NCBI GenBank assembly: GCA_043228905.1
Contig: JBHGNT010000002.1
Span: forward strand, 21,266,001 to 21,330,000
DNA: 64,000 bases
Direction: 5' to 3'
From: Azolla caroliniana
Lineage: Eukaryota; Plantae; Polypodiophyta
In this document: positions 61,187 through 64,000 of the stretch, in pieces
Position numbering within the stretch: the stretch's first letter is position 1
Layout: each line of letters starts with the position of its first letter
Made by a program: the position numbers and the translations under genes
Notes under the pieces: model-generated
Databases searched by the model: none
The model's input: the letters and a program-made list of their open reading frames with translations, nothing else
What the model was told of the DNA's origin: nothing

Positions 61187-63536
61187 GTAATAAATATTTT
61201 TAATATTTTATTTATTATTTATTATACGTACTCTAAATCGGATATAGTGTTTTACATATTTCACGTAGTGTGTGATTCACACTACGACACCGATTTCTCT
61301 TTCCACTCTCGCGTGGAGTTCCTTGAAAACGAATAGCACCTGATCCTTTGTCTTCAACGGTGAGACCCACAACTTCTGGCTGTGGTCATCTATGAACATC
61401 ACGAAGTACTACGCTCCGGCATGTGACTTCGTCCCCACTTCACACACATCGGTATGCGCTAGCTCTAGTGGTGCATTCCGTCTCATCGGTGGTCTTCTTC
61501 GGAAGGAAGTTCAGTTTTGTTTGCCGGCCAAGCATTCGGTGCACTTCTCAAGGAGCACGTCTTTCACCTCCGGAACGAGGTTGTCTTCGGCAAGTGTTCT
61601 CATCCCCTTCCGGCTCATATGACACGGTCTCTTATGCCACAACTCACCAGTAGTATCAGATGCAATGTTCACTTCTTCCTGGCATATCCGGGCATGCATC
61701 AGATATAGCGTGTTGATCTTCCGGGCTCGAGCCACAATCAAGCTTCCTTTATTGAACTTCATAACTCCGTTCCGGATGCTACCCGTGTATAGCCTTCATC
61801 ATCTAGAAGACCGGCTAATATCAGGTTCAATCGAACCTCTGGAATGTGTTGGACATCCTTCAATAGCAACTTCCATCCGGTTGATGTTGTCAAAAACACA
61901 TCTCCTATGCCGACAATTCGGCAGGTCCCTTCACTTCCCATCCGGACACAACCATGATCTCCAGCTGTGTAGGATGAGAAGCATCTCCGGTCCAGTGTCA
62001 GGTGGAACGATGCTCAGGAATCGACAACCCACATTATCTCGTCGCTGACAAGGTTTAACTCATTCTCCTCGGCAATGAGCATCAGTTCTTCTTCATTTGT
62101 CGTGATTGCCGACGTTCCTTTCCGATCCGGGCCTCTCTGGTCCGAACCGTTTCGGTCCAAACTCTTCTTCGAATCGGTGGTGCTGGTTTCTTTCTCTTTC
62201 CGGAAATGCCGATAGTTCTTCGGGAAGTGCCCCACCTTCCCATAGTAGAAGCAAGTAGGCTTCCCCCTTGACTTCGACCTCGTCCCCGATTTGTCCTGGT
62301 TTTGGGGACTCCGATACCGGCCTCTTCCCTGGTTGTGGTAATCTTCCGTAACCAAGGCCTTCATATCAGTTCCGGACTCCCAGTCCTTCCGGCGAGCTTC
62401 TTCATCTAGCAAGCTTGATTTTACCCTTGCTCGGGACAACTGTTTTCCTTGCAGCCCAACGTGACAACTAGCGCCTCCCAACTATCCGGGAGGGAACAGA
62501 GCAGGAGTAATGCAAGTACCTCATCTACGAGAGGTACTTCCAACAAGGTGGCTGGATGTATCAACCCCTAGAAAGCATTCATGTGCTCCACCATACTGGA
62601 GCCGTCCTGGTACCGGAGCCTCACTAGCTTCCGGAATACCGAAACCCGATTAACGACATTCTTGTTCTAGAACATGATGTCAATCTTCTCCCAGAGTTCA
62701 TGAGCCTTTCTCTCTTCATTGAAGTTGTTGTACAGACTCATATCGATGAAGCAATGGATGTATGTCGTCGTCTTCATGTGCATCGACTCCCACACTGTGG
62801 CGTCAATCTTATCCGATCTCTTGTCCCCGAATTGAACCGGTAACCAAATATCTTTAACCACTAGCATATCCCTCATGTTCGACTTCCACACTGAGTAGTT
62901 GGAGCCGGTGAACTTGAACATGCCACCGAATGATTCTTCCATTTTCTATGTTGTTCGGTCTAATACTAGATTGAAGAGAATAGCACGGAATATTGTTTGG
63001 CCACAACCAAGTCTAGAATCACTTCTATGAGAATCAAACACAAAAAGGGGAAATAGGGAGTGAACGCACGTACACACACAAACAATGGAGAGTAAGCAGG
63101 ATGTTTACGTGGAAAACCCTAATAGTGAAAAACCACGGGAGCCCACAGACTCCAAACTATCACTATATAAGAAAGGTACAAACGGAGACTCCGAGGCAAT
63201 GACCTCAAGCTCTGTATCTTCGCCAGCCAGCGGCTACAATAGATTATTGCTTTGTATCTCTCTCTCTATATATATACAACAGTTATACACATACCACAAT
63301 ATGACAACCACTCCAACTCTTTCAAAGTGATTTCCCTAAGTCATATTTATGCTTATATGAACTTAGGGGTATTTACAAATGTAGCCTCAATGGGCTTACT
63401 CAAAACATAATTACAAATATGTCTTCTCTTCTGGTTCTCAGGGTCCATCCGATCCGGTTTCCGAATATCTTCCGGTTCTCACCAGGTCCTCTTCATTCAT
63501 AACCGGATCCCATCCGGAGGGACCGATTTCCCAACA

Positions 63537-64000
63537 CAACTCTGACTACGACAATGGTAGCAAAATGTTTGTGATGAGGCACAGAGTGCACTCGATGACA
63601 ACCTCAAACCCGACCAACACCTCCAAACCACATGATATCCCACAAGGATTGGTTCAAGGAGCTATGAACGCCCGAACGAACCAGCTATGTGGAAATTGGG
63701 GATGACACAATTCATCCCATTCAGCATATCGGCAATGTCCCATTTGGGGAAGAAGGTAACCAAACATACATCAAGAATGTCCTACATGTTCCTACAATAA
63801 CAAAGAACTTGGTCTCAGTTGGCCAGATAGTCAAACAAGGCATGCAAGTCCGCTTCAACGATGTAGGTTGCTTCATTGAAAAAGAAGGCCAACTTATTGC
63901 TTGCGGCCGAAGAGAAGGTCGGATGTTCATCCTCGACTCTCACGAGATGAACTCGGAAATGTATGCCAAGGGTCAGAGAGTAGAGGCCGACATAGAGTTG
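63537..64000 (+). pseudogene. pol: Copia pol fragment of the E1-like family, running off the window
   Basis: IKNVLHVPTITKNLVSVGQIVKQGMQVRF, collinear with about 20870-21390. Confidence 0.88.

Larger units (their letters stand above)
47055..61289 (-). mobile_element. Element G: full-structure tRNA-Trp-primed Ty3/gypsy, hosting K and L
   Basis: LTRs TGTCGT...ACGACA at 47055-49167 (split by K) and 60634-61289; Trp PBS 60613-60629; PPT next to 49168; flanks CCTG/CCGA at a host CCGG site. Confidence 0.93.
43690..63536 (-). mobile_element. Element I: Tork-like copia hosting solo LTR J and gypsy G
   Basis: 3' LTR (truncated) about 43690-44140 with adjacent PPT; 5' LTR 62972-63536; coding pieces 44156-46336, 46832-47054 and 61290-62942 join collinearly with H. 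Confidence 0.9.

Overview
The window is a plant heterochromatic block built almost entirely from nested, decayed LTR retrotransposons. The families suggest a non-seed plant such as a fern or bryophyte, which is an inference. I found no intact host gene, rRNA, functional tRNA or CRISPR. From LTR pairs, PBS/PPT sites and target-site duplications (TSDs) I resolve: (A) a chromodomain Ty3/gypsy at 1-6919 with an unusually structured 1.7-kb leader; (C) a deleted copia at 7487-10158; (B) a tRNA-Trp-primed gypsy chimera on the minus strand at about 10159-17321, carrying a hAT MITE (15110-15625) and a deleted copia D1 (15803-17071); (E0) a minus-strand copia at 18774-34517 that hosts copias E1 and E2, with a truncated Trp-primed gypsy F inside E2; (H) a copia at 37518-42896 that splits a non-retroviral ORF; and (I) a copia at about 43690-63536 that hosts a solo LTR and Trp-primed gypsy G (47055-61289), which in turn hosts an Arg-primed mini-element K and copia L. 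The strongest leads are a tRNA-like Pol III A/B-box cassette conserved in the LTRs of the Trp-primed gypsy family and a regularly spaced hairpin array inside a predicted leader intron of element A. Coordinates were counted by hand and may be off by a few bases.
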